DNA from: Phycisphaerales bacterium
Lineage (GTDB): Bacteria > Planctomycetota > Phycisphaerae > Phycisphaerales > UBA1924
Length of the DNA: 64,000 bases
Assembly: GCA_051252395.1 (NCBI GenBank)
Contig: JBPOFX010000001.1
Location: 557,835-621,834 of the forward strand
Direction: 5' to 3'
The notes below the pieces were generated by a model. It was not told the origin of the DNA. It did no database searches and saw only the letters and a program-made list of their open reading frames with translations. Numbering within the stretch: position 1 is the first letter of the stretch; the number at the start of each line of letters is the position of its first letter. Below are positions 55,872 to 64,000 of the stretch, in pieces. The translations under genes and the position numbers were made by a program.

Positions 55872-57436
55872 GCCGCCTCCTGATTCTGTTGCAGATCCGC
55901 CAGCTTCTCAAACTCATTTGGGCGGTACGTGATCTGCACGCACTGCCCCTCCGCGTCGTACTCGACCTTCTCGATCAGCAGCTTGAGCAAGCGAGCCTGC
56001 TCGCGTGGGATCAGGTTCGACCAGACTTCGTCGAAGTCCCCGAGCATGACCCCGATCGCTTCTGAGTCGATCTGCTCGCCCTGGGCCGATTCCAGCCGAT
56101 CCCGGATCCGCTCTGCACGGCGTTCATTGGCCGCGATGATCCCCTGAAGCTCCGTGACCCGCTCTTGATCATCGCTCGGCTGCCGAATCAACTTGGTAAG
56201 GGCCCCGCGCTGATTGGCCAGTTCACCGTTCACCTCCGAGAGCTCCAGTTCGAGACCTTGGATATCTTCAGTACGCTTCAATGTGGCTTGCTCAATTGTC
56301 TTCTCGAAGATCGACGGGTCGCGAAACAACTCCCGGACTTCCTCGATGACCAACTGTTCGATCTCCGGGGCGGGGAGACTCCCTGAGTTGCACTCGGCTG
56401 CCCCCTTCTTGATCGCCCCCACACACCGGTAGTACCGGTACTGGCGGCTTCGTTTTCCCCGAGCCGTCGTAAAGACGTGCGTCATCGCGTGGTCGCACCC
56501 CTTGCACCGCAGGATCCCCCTGAGCAACGCCCCGTACTTGTTGCGGACCTCGGCCCCTCCGGTGCGCCCGTTGTGCTTGAGGGTCTTCTGGACCCGCTCG
56601 AAGACCTCTGCCTTGATGATCGCTTCGTGCTCACCCTCATAGATGTCACCCTTATGCGTGATCTTTCCGGTGTAGATGGGGTTGGTGAGGTGGTTGTAGA
56701 GGGTGGACTTGTCGAAGGGACGATCCCCGATGGGCTTGCCCTTGGCCGTCACCCGCTTCTTGTTGCGCCAGTCCCGCAGACGGAGTTCCTCGCATACCGG
56801 CTGGAGCGATTGCTTCTCAAGATAGAGATCAAAGATCGCTCTGATCCGCGATGCTTCAGCTGCGTTGACCACCAGCTTCGGACTCCCGGTGCTCCGATCC
56901 ACGTCGTATCCCAGCATCGGGACACCCCCGGTCCACTTACCCTTGCGTTTCTGAGCGGCGATCTTGTCGCGGATCCGCTCGCCGATGATCTCCCGCTCAA
57001 ACTGAGCGAAGCTGAGGAGGATGTTGAGTGTTAATCGCCCCATCGAGCTCGTCGTGTTGAACTGCTGCGTCACCGACACGAACGAAACCCCGTTGGCATC
57101 AAACGACTCCATGATCTTCGAGAAGTCCATCAGCGAGCGGCTGAGCCGGTCCACCTTGTAGACGACCACGCAGTCTATCTTCCCCGCCTCAATATCCCGC
57201 ATCAACCGGTCCATCGCCGGACGCTCGAGGCTCCCGCCCGAGAACCCCCCATCGTTGTACTGCTCGGGGAGACACACCCACCCCTGTGCCTTCTGGCTGG
57301 CGATGAACGCCTCGGCGCTTTCTCGTTGCGCGTCAAGGGAGTTGAACTCCTGCTCTAATCCCTCCTCGCTGCTCTTGCGTGTGTAGATCGCGCATCGGAT
57401 CGTCTTCGGTGTTGTACTGCCACTCTTGTGGTTCAT
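55868..57436 (-). CDS. large serine recombinase (resolvase catalytic domain, recombinase domain and zinc-ribbon / coiled-coil)
   Basis: The N-terminus AIYTRKSSEEG...SLDAQRE...VVYKVDRLSRS places the catalytic Ser in YTRKSS. It is 522 aa with the C-terminal Cys pairs and coiled coil typical of phiC31/TnpX-type integrases. Confidence 0.9.
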   Translation of the reverse strand: MNHKSGSTTPKTIRCAIYTRKSSEEGLEQEFNSLDAQRESAEAFIASQKAQGWVCLPEQYNDGGFSGGSLERPAMDRLMRDIEAGKIDCVVVYKVDRLSRSLMDFSKIMESFDANGVSFVSVTQQFNTTSSMGRLTLNILLSFAQFEREIIGERIRDKIAAQKRKGKWTGGVPMLGYDVDRSTGSPKLVVNAAEASRIRAIFDLYLEKQSLQPVCEELRLRDWRNKKRVTAKGKPIGDRPFDKSTLYNHLTNPIYTGKITHKGDIYEGEHEAIIKAEVFERVQKTLKHNGRTGGAEVRNKYGALLRGILRCKGCDHAMTHVFTTARGKRSRQYRYYRCVGAIKKGAAECNSGSLPAPEIEQLVIEEVRELFRDPSIFEKTIEQATLKRTEDIQGLELELSEVNGELANQRGALTKLIRQPSDDQERVTELQGIIAANERRAERIRDRLESAQGEQIDSEAIGVMLGDFDEVWSNLIPREQARLLKLLIEKVEYDAEGQCVQITYRPNEFEKLADLQQNQEAA

Positions 57437-57462
57437 AGACCCCCCTTTGGTACTCGTTTCAC

Positions 57463-57975
57463 CTACTTACCCCCTAATTGAAAGAACCGGAAGCCGTTGA
57501 TATGGCTCCCGGTAATGTGCTTGGCGACCGCACTCAGTGTCGCGTACCGATCCCCGTTGTATTCAAACCCGTCCCCATCCGGCAGGACCGTCACCCGGAC
57601 GGTCTCACCCTTGTACTCGCGGACGATCACCGACCCCACGCTCGGGAGCCTCGGATCCCTCGGCGTGTACGGTTTCGTGACAGAAACCCGCATACCAGCC
57701 TGTGGCGGGCTCACAAACGACTTGGGTGCCATCACCCGGATATCGGAGTCATTAGCGAGTTCAGCCGCCCGAGCCTTCGCACGCTCACTCAGTCCTCCCA
57801 TCGCGTTCGCTTGAATCCGCCACGCGATCTTGCGGATCAGATACTGACGATGCCGTGTCCGAACAGGCTGGCCGTGAAGCTCGTCGTACTTCACCGAGAG
57901 TTCCCCCGTCGTCATGTGCTGCAGCTCATCGAGCTGAGTTTCAATCTTCGAATCGATTGCCTGGGCCAAAATCAC
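57463..57975 (-). CDS. DUF2924-family protein (recombinase-associated)
   Basis: It carries TGELSVKYDELHGQPVRTRHRQYLIRKIAWRIQ, the DUF2924 hallmark region. It lies immediately upstream of, and co-oriented with, the serine recombinase, as is typical. Confidence 0.7.
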   Translation of the reverse strand: MILAQAIDSKIETQLDELQHMTTGELSVKYDELHGQPVRTRHRQYLIRKIAWRIQANAMGGLSERAKARAAELANDSDIRVMAPKSFVSPPQAGMRVSVTKPYTPRDPRLPSVGSVIVREYKGETVRVTVLPDGDGFEYNGDRYATLSAVAKHITGSHINGFRFFQLGGK

Positions 57976-58639
57976 CTCCCCTATGGATACAGAATAGCAG
58001 AGTTACCAGATAGTGGACTGATAACCGACACACTGAGGTCTGCATGGGTTCAGTTATCAAGTGACTGTGGCGAAGAAACTTGGAGATTCTGAGCGGTTCT
58101 CCATGTGCGATCGATACCACGCGGCTTTGTCTTTGTATCGTGCTGAGCGCGATAGACCCCCACAGCGAGGATGGACGCGATCTCGTCGAGCCGTTCCTCG
58201 GTGGTCATGGACTCTGGATTCCGAGTGGAATCCGTGTGCTGAAATGACATGTGTACCCCCTTGATATGACAGGACTTCCCGTGTCCCGGTTCCCCTTTGA
58301 TACAGAGCAATGCTGCTCCTCCCCATTCATATATATCCGGTTGGGGGACAGGGTGTCGGAGTTTTCGAAGAGTATTTTGGAAAACCAAACTGCATGCGAA
58401 ACTGTGAAGCGAACTCGATGTGAAATAGTTCAAGAAGAACGGCTTCACTCTTATGACATAATCACTTCACTACTCAGTGGTATGCGTTTTGACTTCTGGG
58501 ATTGGTCATACAATCTGCTTTCCTCAGCCGCTATACTCAAGATTCCGGAATCCGGCACAATTCATGAGTGTGATGCCTGCCGTCTATGATGGCATCAAAA
58601 CCCAATGGCTGATTGATCAGCCATAATTAGGAACTGCCC

Positions 58640-60301
58640 ATGTTACGTGATGAAACACAGTCCTTCCTAAATGATTTGGACCGCAAACTATGGGCCACCG
58701 CCGACAAACTCCGAAACAACCTCGACGCCGCCCAGTACAAACACGCCGTGCTCGGCCTGATCTTCCTGAAGTATGTCTCCGACGCCTTCGACACTCGCCG
58801 TGAGGCCGTCAAGGCCGAACTCGGTGACCCCAAGAGCGATCTTTACTTCGAGGACGCTACGGAAGATGACCTCCACACAGAGCTGGAAGACCGTGACTAC
58901 TACACCAGCCAGAACACATTCTGGGTCCCTCCACTCGCCCGCTGGCAAAACCTCCAGTCCTGGGCCAAACTCCCCTCACAGACCACGGTCGAGGTCAGAA
59001 ACGGTAAGACCGAGGAGTACACGATCAAGAGCACCGCCCTGCTCATCGACGACGCCCTCGCCGCCATCGAAAAAGAGAACGACACCCTCAAAAATGTCCT
59101 CGCCAAAGACACCTACGCCCGCCTCCAACTCGACCCCGACAACCTCCGCGGCCTCATCGACCTCGTCGCCTCCATCCCCTTCACGCACGACAAGCTCCAA
59201 CCCAAAGACATCCTCGGCCACGTCTACGAGTACTTCCTCGGCCAGTTTGCCCTCGCGGAGGGCAAGAAGGGCGGCCAGTACTTCACGCCTAAGTCCATCG
59301 TCGGGCTCATCGTTGAAATGCTCCAGCCCTACTGGGGGCGCGTCTACGACCCCGCCATGGGTTCGGGCGGTTTCTTCGTCGAGATCGAAAAACATGTCGA
59401 GCAGAAGTACGCCGAGGACACCCACGGCACCCACGGCTCCATCTCCGTCTACGGCCAGGAATCCAACCCCACCACCTGGCGGCTGGCCGCGATGAACATG
59501 GCCATCCGCGGCATCGACTACAACTTCGGCAAGGCCTGGGCCAACAGCTTCACCAGCGACCAGCACCCCGACCTCCGGGCCGACTTCGTCATGGCCAACC
59601 CGCCGTTCAATGTGAGTGACTGGTGGGACGCCAAGCTCGAAAATGACCCGCGCTGGAAGCACGGCACACCCCCCAAGGGCAATGCCAACTTCGCATGGGT
59701 CCAGCACATGCTCCACCACCTCGCCCCCACCGGCAGCATGGCCCTGCTGCTGGCCAACGGCTCCATGTCGGGCACCAGCGGCGGCGAGGGTGACATCCGC
59801 AAGTCTTTGGTCGAGAACGACCTCGTCGAGTGCATGGTCGCCCTGCCCGGCCAGCTCTTTACCAACACCCAGATCCCCGCCTGCATCTGGTTCCTCACCA
59901 AGGACAAGTCCGCCCGCGACGGCAAGCGTGACCGCACCGGCCAGGTCCTCTTCCTCGACGCCCGCGATGTTGGATACATGAAAGACCGCGTCCTGCGCGA
60001 CTTCACCGCCGACGACACGCAAAAGATCGCCGGCACCTTCCACGCCTGGCAGAGAATGGGCGGCGAGTACAAGGACATCCCCGGCTTCTGCAAGGAGGCC
60101 ACCCTCAAAGAGATCGCCGCCCACGGCCACGTCCTCACCCCAGGCCGCTACGTCGGTGCCGCTGAAGCCGAGGACGACGGCGAACCCTTCGAGGGGAAGA
60201 TGCAACGCCTGACCACCGAGCTCCGTGATCAGTTCGCCGAGGCTGCAAAGCTCGAGGCGAGGATCCGTAAGAACCTGGAGGAGGTGGGGCATGGGGTCTG
60301 A
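58640..60301 (+). CDS. hsdM: type I restriction-modification system methyltransferase subunit
   Basis: N-terminal LWATADKLRNN (HsdM N-domain), NPPF catalytic motif (FVMANPPFNVSDWW), SAM-binding GSGGF. 553 aa. Confidence 0.9.
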   Translation: MLRDETQSFLNDLDRKLWATADKLRNNLDAAQYKHAVLGLIFLKYVSDAFDTRREAVKAELGDPKSDLYFEDATEDDLHTELEDRDYYTSQNTFWVPPLARWQNLQSWAKLPSQTTVEVRNGKTEEYTIKSTALLIDDALAAIEKENDTLKNVLAKDTYARLQLDPDNLRGLIDLVASIPFTHDKLQPKDILGHVYEYFLGQFALAEGKKGGQYFTPKSIVGLIVEMLQPYWGRVYDPAMGSGGFFVEIEKHVEQKYAEDTHGTHGSISVYGQESNPTTWRLAAMNMAIRGIDYNFGKAWANSFTSDQHPDLRADFVMANPPFNVSDWWDAKLENDPRWKHGTPPKGNANFAWVQHMLHHLAPTGSMALLLANGSMSGTSGGEGDIRKSLVENDLVECMVALPGQLFTNTQIPACIWFLTKDKSARDGKRDRTGQVLFLDARDVGYMKDRVLRDFTADDTQKIAGTFHAWQRMGGEYKDIPGFCKEATLKEIAAHGHVLTPGRYVGAAEAEDDGEPFEGKMQRLTTELRDQFAEAAKLEARIRKNLEEVGHGV

Positions 60302-61571
60302 GTGGTCAGCGGTGCCGCTAGGCGAGGTCGCGAGCGTTCGATCTGGCTATGCATTCAAAAGCAGAGACTGGACGGATTCCGGCGTTCCTGTTGTGAAGAT
60401 TGCAAATGTGAAGGCGGGTCGCCTCGATCTCAACGGTTGTTCGTTCGTCACAGAAGAAATTGCCGAAAGCGCGGGTGAGTTTAATCTTGAGCTCGACGAC
60501 ATCGTAATCGCGATGACCGGGTACATCGGCGAAACAGCAAGGGTTCAGTCAACCGACCTGCCATGCGTTCTCAACCAACGGGTCGGTAAATTCAAGGTCA
60601 TGGACAGCAATCGGCTTGATCCGGACTATCTCTACGCGTTTCTCAGTTGGAAGAGCACTCGGGAACGGATTGAAGCACTTGGCTACGGCTCGGCTCAGCC
60701 GAACGTCTCGCCGAAGCTAATTCATCAAATCAAAATCCCGCTTCCCCCGATGCCCAAACAACAGGCAATTGCGGAGGTGTTGGGGTCACTGGACGACAAG
60801 ATCGAGTTGAACCGCCGGATGAACCGGACGCTGGAGTCGATGGCCCGGGCGCTGTTCAAGAGCTGGTTCGTCGACTTCGACCCCGTCCACGCCAACGCCG
60901 CCGGCAAACCAACCCTGCCGCCTAAACTCGCCGCCCTGTTTCCCGACAGATTCGATCCGTCCCGGATTGGTGATATCCCGGAGGGATGGGAAGTTCGGAG
61001 CCTCGACGAGATTGCCAACTACCTCAACGGTTTGGCATTGCAGAAGTACCCTGCCGAGGAAGGCGAACCAACGCTGCCACGACTGAAGATTGCCCAGCTT
61101 CGCAAGGGCAACACCGAAGGCGCAGATCTGAGCAACACGAACGTTCCATACAAATACATCGTTCAAAATGGCGATGTGATCTTCTCGTGGTCTGGTTCGC
61201 TGCTTGTACGTCTCTGGACTGGCGGCAAGGCGGCATTGAACCAGCACTTATTTAAAGTATCTAGCGATGAGTTTCCTCGCTGGTTTTTTTATCTATGGAC
61301 TCAGCACCACCTCGACGATTTTCAAGCCACAGCTGCAGCCAAGGCTACGACAATGGGGCATATCCAGCGCCATCACCTAAGCGATGCGAAGGTGATAGTC
61401 CCCCCAGCGTCATCCATTGCTTCACTTGACGCTGTCTTCTCGCCGATCATTGATAGACTTGTGATGAACGACCTGGAATCACGAAACCTCTCAGAGATCC
61501 GCGATTCGTTGCTCGGCCCGCTTCTATCAGGCGACATGCAGATCAACATGCCCAAAGGGGGTGAGAAGTGA
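60291..61571 (+). CDS. hsdS: type I restriction-modification system specificity subunit (two TRDs)
   Basis: The start ATG overlaps the hsdM stop. Central and C-terminal conserved repeats (IPLPPMPKQQAIAEVLGSLDDKIELNRRMNRTLESMARALFKSWFVDFDPV and VIVPPASSIASLDAVFSPIIDRLVMNDLESRNLSEIRDSLLGPLL) flank two variable target-recognition domains. Confidence 0.85.
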   Translation: MGSEWSAVPLGEVASVRSGYAFKSRDWTDSGVPVVKIANVKAGRLDLNGCSFVTEEIAESAGEFNLELDDIVIAMTGYIGETARVQSTDLPCVLNQRVGKFKVMDSNRLDPDYLYAFLSWKSTRERIEALGYGSAQPNVSPKLIHQIKIPLPPMPKQQAIAEVLGSLDDKIELNRRMNRTLESMARALFKSWFVDFDPVHANAAGKPTLPPKLAALFPDRFDPSRIGDIPEGWEVRSLDEIANYLNGLALQKYPAEEGEPTLPRLKIAQLRKGNTEGADLSNTNVPYKYIVQNGDVIFSWSGSLLVRLWTGGKAALNQHLFKVSSDEFPRWFFYLWTQHHLDDFQATAAAKATTMGHIQRHHLSDAKVIVPPASSIASLDAVFSPIIDRLVMNDLESRNLSEIRDSLLGPLLSGDMQINMPKGGEK

Positions 61572-62722
61572 GCATCGACGAGACGAAATTGGACCAGACA
61601 CTTATGTCTGCCGCAGAAGGGGCTTTGAAAGAGGCCTATGAGCAACACGAAGAGTTCAATGCGGCGCTCGACAAGCAGAATGACGAGGTGGTCATTCAGA
61701 GCCTAATCAAGGACCAGAAGCCGTGGCAGGTTCGCCCCTCCGAAGTAATCTACTTAACAGATCGTATCGGGTACGAGGTTGAGAGAGCGGCATGGCAAGA
61801 ACGTGAGATTCGCGACAAGAACTCTGATGCATTTCGCGTCATCATGGATGGGGAACACCAGACTGCCATACATGATTTAGCAACCGCAATTGCACGAGGG
61901 CGCGTGGCTCCGTTTGTTGGGGCCGGACTTTCGGCTTTTGCTTATCCTTTGTGGGGGGATGCTCTTAAGACACTGATCGACCGAATCGGTGACCTTGACA
62001 GAGAAACCATTCATGACTTAATCGACTCAGGTCAGTATCTAGAGGCGGCGCAAGGGCTCTGGGAAGCTGACTCAATAACCGTGAAGGCATTCATACGGGA
62101 TCGCTTTGGAATCAACCGCATCGGAAGTGGTGACGCAAAGGGAGCCGTACCTCTCCTGAAGGCGATCACTAATGGCTGCATCATCACCACCAACTTTGAC
62201 TCCGTGATCGAACAGGTGGTTGGCGACGGCCAATTTGATGGCTATATGCACGGACTACAACGGTCCGCGAAATTTAACGCCCGACTCATCAGTGGCGATA
62301 GATGTCTCATGAAGCTCCATGGCGACTCAGACGACGACAGCACGTATATTCTGACCCAAGATCAATACACAGCGGCGTACGGCGATCCGCTCGATTACGA
62401 AGCACCTGTCGCAAGCACGCTCAGACATATTTTCCTTAGTCACTCGTTACTTTTTCTCGGATGCAGCCTTGAGCAGGATCGCACGCTTGAGCTCCTAGCC
62501 GATGTCTGCTCTAAGAATGAGCAACTTGTCCCAGACCACTACGCGATCATCGTTGAACCAGAGGGGGGCAGGGCAAAAGTAGAGAAAGAGCAGCGTCTTA
62601 GGAACATGAAAATTCGGCCGATATGGTATCCACCCAACAAGCACCATTACGTTGAACAGATTCTACGAGTTGCAATCGCACTTTCTGAAGGATCCATCAC
62701 ATCGTTGGAGCCGCAAAAATGA
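61568..62722 (+). CDS. SIR2-like (SIR2_2 / ThsA-type) NAD-binding domain protein inserted between hsdS and hsdR
   Basis: 384 aa. The GTG start overlaps the hsdS stop (GTGA) and the stop overlaps the hsdR start (ATGA). It has the motifs PFVGAGLSAFAYPLWGDAL, CIITTNFDSVIEQ, CLMKLHGDSDDDSTYILTQDQY and LLFLGCSLEQD. These are the Rossmann glycine-rich loop, the TTNYD-type Asn and the KLHGS-type His blocks of the SIR2_2 family, preceded by a ~100-aa helical N-terminal extension. Confidence 0.8.
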   Translation: MSIDETKLDQTLMSAAEGALKEAYEQHEEFNAALDKQNDEVVIQSLIKDQKPWQVRPSEVIYLTDRIGYEVERAAWQEREIRDKNSDAFRVIMDGEHQTAIHDLATAIARGRVAPFVGAGLSAFAYPLWGDALKTLIDRIGDLDRETIHDLIDSGQYLEAAQGLWEADSITVKAFIRDRFGINRIGSGDAKGAVPLLKAITNGCIITTNFDSVIEQVVGDGQFDGYMHGLQRSAKFNARLISGDRCLMKLHGDSDDDSTYILTQDQYTAAYGDPLDYEAPVASTLRHIFLSHSLLFLGCSLEQDRTLELLADVCSKNEQLVPDHYAIIVEPEGGRAKVEKEQRLRNMKIRPIWYPPNKHHYVEQILRVAIALSEGSITSLEPQK

Positions 62723-64000
62723 TCAGTGAAGACTCTGTCGAGAAACAAGCGATCGCCTGGTTTCAAGAGACGGGATGGTCCTACCTCCACGGCTCAAAAC
62801 TTGCCCCAGACATCGCGACCGAGCAGCGGGCAGACGGACGGGCCGTCATTCTCAATGGTCGGTTCAAGGATGCCATCCACCGCCTCAACCCGCAACTCCC
62901 GCCCGAGGCGGCCGAGGAGGTCGCAAGGGTTGCCATCCAACCCGAGCACCCTGACCTTGCCCGAGCCAATGCCGCGTTTCATCGCAAGCTCGTCGACGGC
63001 GTTCCGGTCGTCTATACCGATGCCAGCGGCAAGAAACAACAGGACGTGGCCCGCTTGGTCGACTTCGCGGATGCCAAGAACAACGACTGGCTGGTTGTCA
63101 ATCAGCTGGCTGTGTCGGGCACGAAGGGCGGGCGGCGGCCGGATATCGTGTGTTACATTAACGGTCTACCGATTTCTGTGATTGAGTTGAAGAACCCGGC
63201 GGACAAGAACGCGGATGTGTGGGCGGCCTACCGGCAGCTGCAGACCTACAAGGACGAGATCGGCGACCTGTTCCTCACCAACGAGGCGCTTGTCATCAGC
63301 GACGGTATCATCGCCCGCGCCGGTTCGCTCACAGCAAGTCCTGAGTGGTTCATGCCGTGGCGGACGCTCGCCAGTGAGAGCGACACACCGGCAGTAGAGT
63401 TCGAGCTGGAGCGTGTCATTCGAGGCTTCTTCCGCCCTGACCTGTTGCTGGACTACCTGAGGTACTTCGTGCTCTTCGAGGGCGAAGAGGATGTGGTGAA
63501 GAAAATCGCCGGTTACCACCAGTTCCACGGTGTGCGGGCGGCGGTCGAGCAGACACTAATGGCGACCAAGCACGAGGGTAAGGCCGGTGTATTCTGGCAC
63601 ACGCAGGGCTCAGGCAAAAGCATCTCGATGGCGATGTACGCCGGAAAGCTCTTACAGCAACCGGGCATGCGGAACCCGACACTGGTGGTCGTCACCGATC
63701 GCAACGACCTTGACGGCCAGCTCTTTGGTCAATTCGCTGCAGCGAAAGCGCTGCTTCGTGAGGCCCCACAGCAGGCGGATAGCCGGGAACAACTACGCGA
63801 AATCCTCGACGGGCGACAGTCGGGCGGGATCGTTTTCACCACGGTGCAGAAGTTCTCGCCTATGAACGATGAGGAAACACACCCCGTTCTGAGCAAGCGA
63901 AGCAATATCGTCGTCATCAGCGACGAGGCACACCGCAGCCAGTACGGGATCAAGCCCAGGCTCGACATGAAGACCGGCAAGTATGTCTACGGCTACGCCA
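62719..64000 (+). CDS. hsdR: type I restriction enzyme R subunit (HsdR), N-terminal ~427 aa; continues beyond the window end
   Basis: Frame 1 from ATG 62719 is open to the window end. It starts MISEDSVEKQAIAWFQETGW (the typical HsdR N-terminus) and carries helicase motif I WHTQGSGKS and motif II ISDEAHRSQ. It is absent from the ORF track because there is no stop. The ORF-track entry 62726-63181 is in a different frame and spurious. Confidence 0.85.
   Translation, partial: MISEDSVEKQAIAWFQETGWSYLHGSKLAPDIATEQRADGRAVILNGRFKDAIHRLNPQLPPEAAEEVARVAIQPEHPDLARANAAFHRKLVDGVPVVYTDASGKKQQDVARLVDFADAKNNDWLVVNQLAVSGTKGGRRPDIVCYINGLPISVIELKNPADKNADVWAAYRQLQTYKDEIGDLFLTNEALVISDGIIARAGSLTASPEWFMPWRTLASESDTPAVEFELERVIRGFFRPDLLLDYLRYFVLFEGEEDVVKKIAGYHQFHGVRAAVEQTLMATKHEGKAGVFWHTQGSGKSISMAMYAGKLLQQPGMRNPTLVVVTDRNDLDGQLFGQFAAAKALLREAPQQADSREQLREILDGRQSGGIVFTTVQKFSPMNDEETHPVLSKRSNIVVISDEAHRSQYGIKPRLDMKTGKYVYGYA

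Larger units (their letters stand above)
48384..57975. mobile_element. integrative/mobilisable element (~9.6 kb core), with a tyrosine recombinase at one end and DUF2924 plus a large serine recombinase at the other. Its modules are ParB-MTase, PrimPol-helicase, a sigma-like factor, an H1/winged-helix protein and an iteron array.
   Basis: The gene content is entirely phage/ICE-type. The region is flanked by chromosomal pxpBCA on one side and by the type I R-M on the other, which may itself be cargo. The att sites are not identified. Confidence 0.55.

Noticed and set aside
60225-60290. Upstream extension of hsdS proposed by the ORF track
   Set aside because: This extension would overlap hsdM by 77 nt. 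The ATG at 60291 (MGSEWSAVPLGE...) gives the standard HsdS N-terminus and a 4-nt coupled overlap instead.
62726-63181. ORF-track 151-aa ORF at the start of the hsdR region
   Set aside because: It is in frame 2. Frame 1 from ATG 62719 gives an uninterrupted HsdR with helicase motifs I and II to the window end, so the frame-2 ORF is an artefact.

Overview
This 64-kb window is a ~55% GC bacterial chromosome. Secreted proteins ending in EF-hand/dockerin-like 'GC-type' C-terminal modules and sigma54-dependent regulation point to a Planctomycetota-like genome. All calls rest on my own motif and sequence recognition. No database search was run.

Layout:
- **1-20 kb:** ordinary housekeeping genes. 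A reverse-transsulfuration pair (partial CGL/CGS and CBS), tRNA-Met, tRNA-Gly, an S9 peptidase, infA, glycerate kinase, an aminotransferase, tRNA-Asn plus terminator, an NMO-family oxidoreductase, a DEAD-box helicase, two M14 peptidases, korAB and an ABC-F ATPase.
- **20-23 kb and 38-41 kb:** two large secreted repeat proteins (autotransporter-like beta-helix; 9x FG-GAP) sharing a paralogous ~55-aa dockerin-like C-terminus.
- **23-35 kb:** an unusual Rtc RNA-repair locus. rtcR (CARF plus sigma54 activator) faces a near-consensus sigma54 promoter on the opposite strand. The transcribed leader carries three tandem tRNA-like modules that are not good tRNAs. They are followed by an SPFH/band-7 gene, rtcB, rtcA, a 142-aa ORF and a 1645-aa helical giant with a possible DUF4132-like C-terminus.
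- **41-46 kb:** a soluble FtsK/SpoIIIE-family ATPase (no TM segments) in a tight operon with two paralogous WXG100-like small proteins.
- **46-48 kb:** pxpBCA.
- **48.4-58 kb:** an integrative element. It carries a short tyrosine recombinase, a large serine recombinase with DUF2924, a ParB-nuclease/MTase fusion, an AEP-primase/SF3 helicase, a sigma-like factor, an H1-like/winged-helix protein and a TGACAG iteron array.
- **58.6 kb to end:** a type I R-M operon with a SIR2_2-family (ThsA-type) NADase-like gene translationally coupled between hsdS and hsdR. This is the slot PrrC occupies in the prr locus.

Strongest novelty candidates: the SIR2-like gene embedded in the type I R-M operon, the tRNA-like-RNA/SPFH/giant-protein Rtc operon, and the soluble FtsK-WXG cassette.
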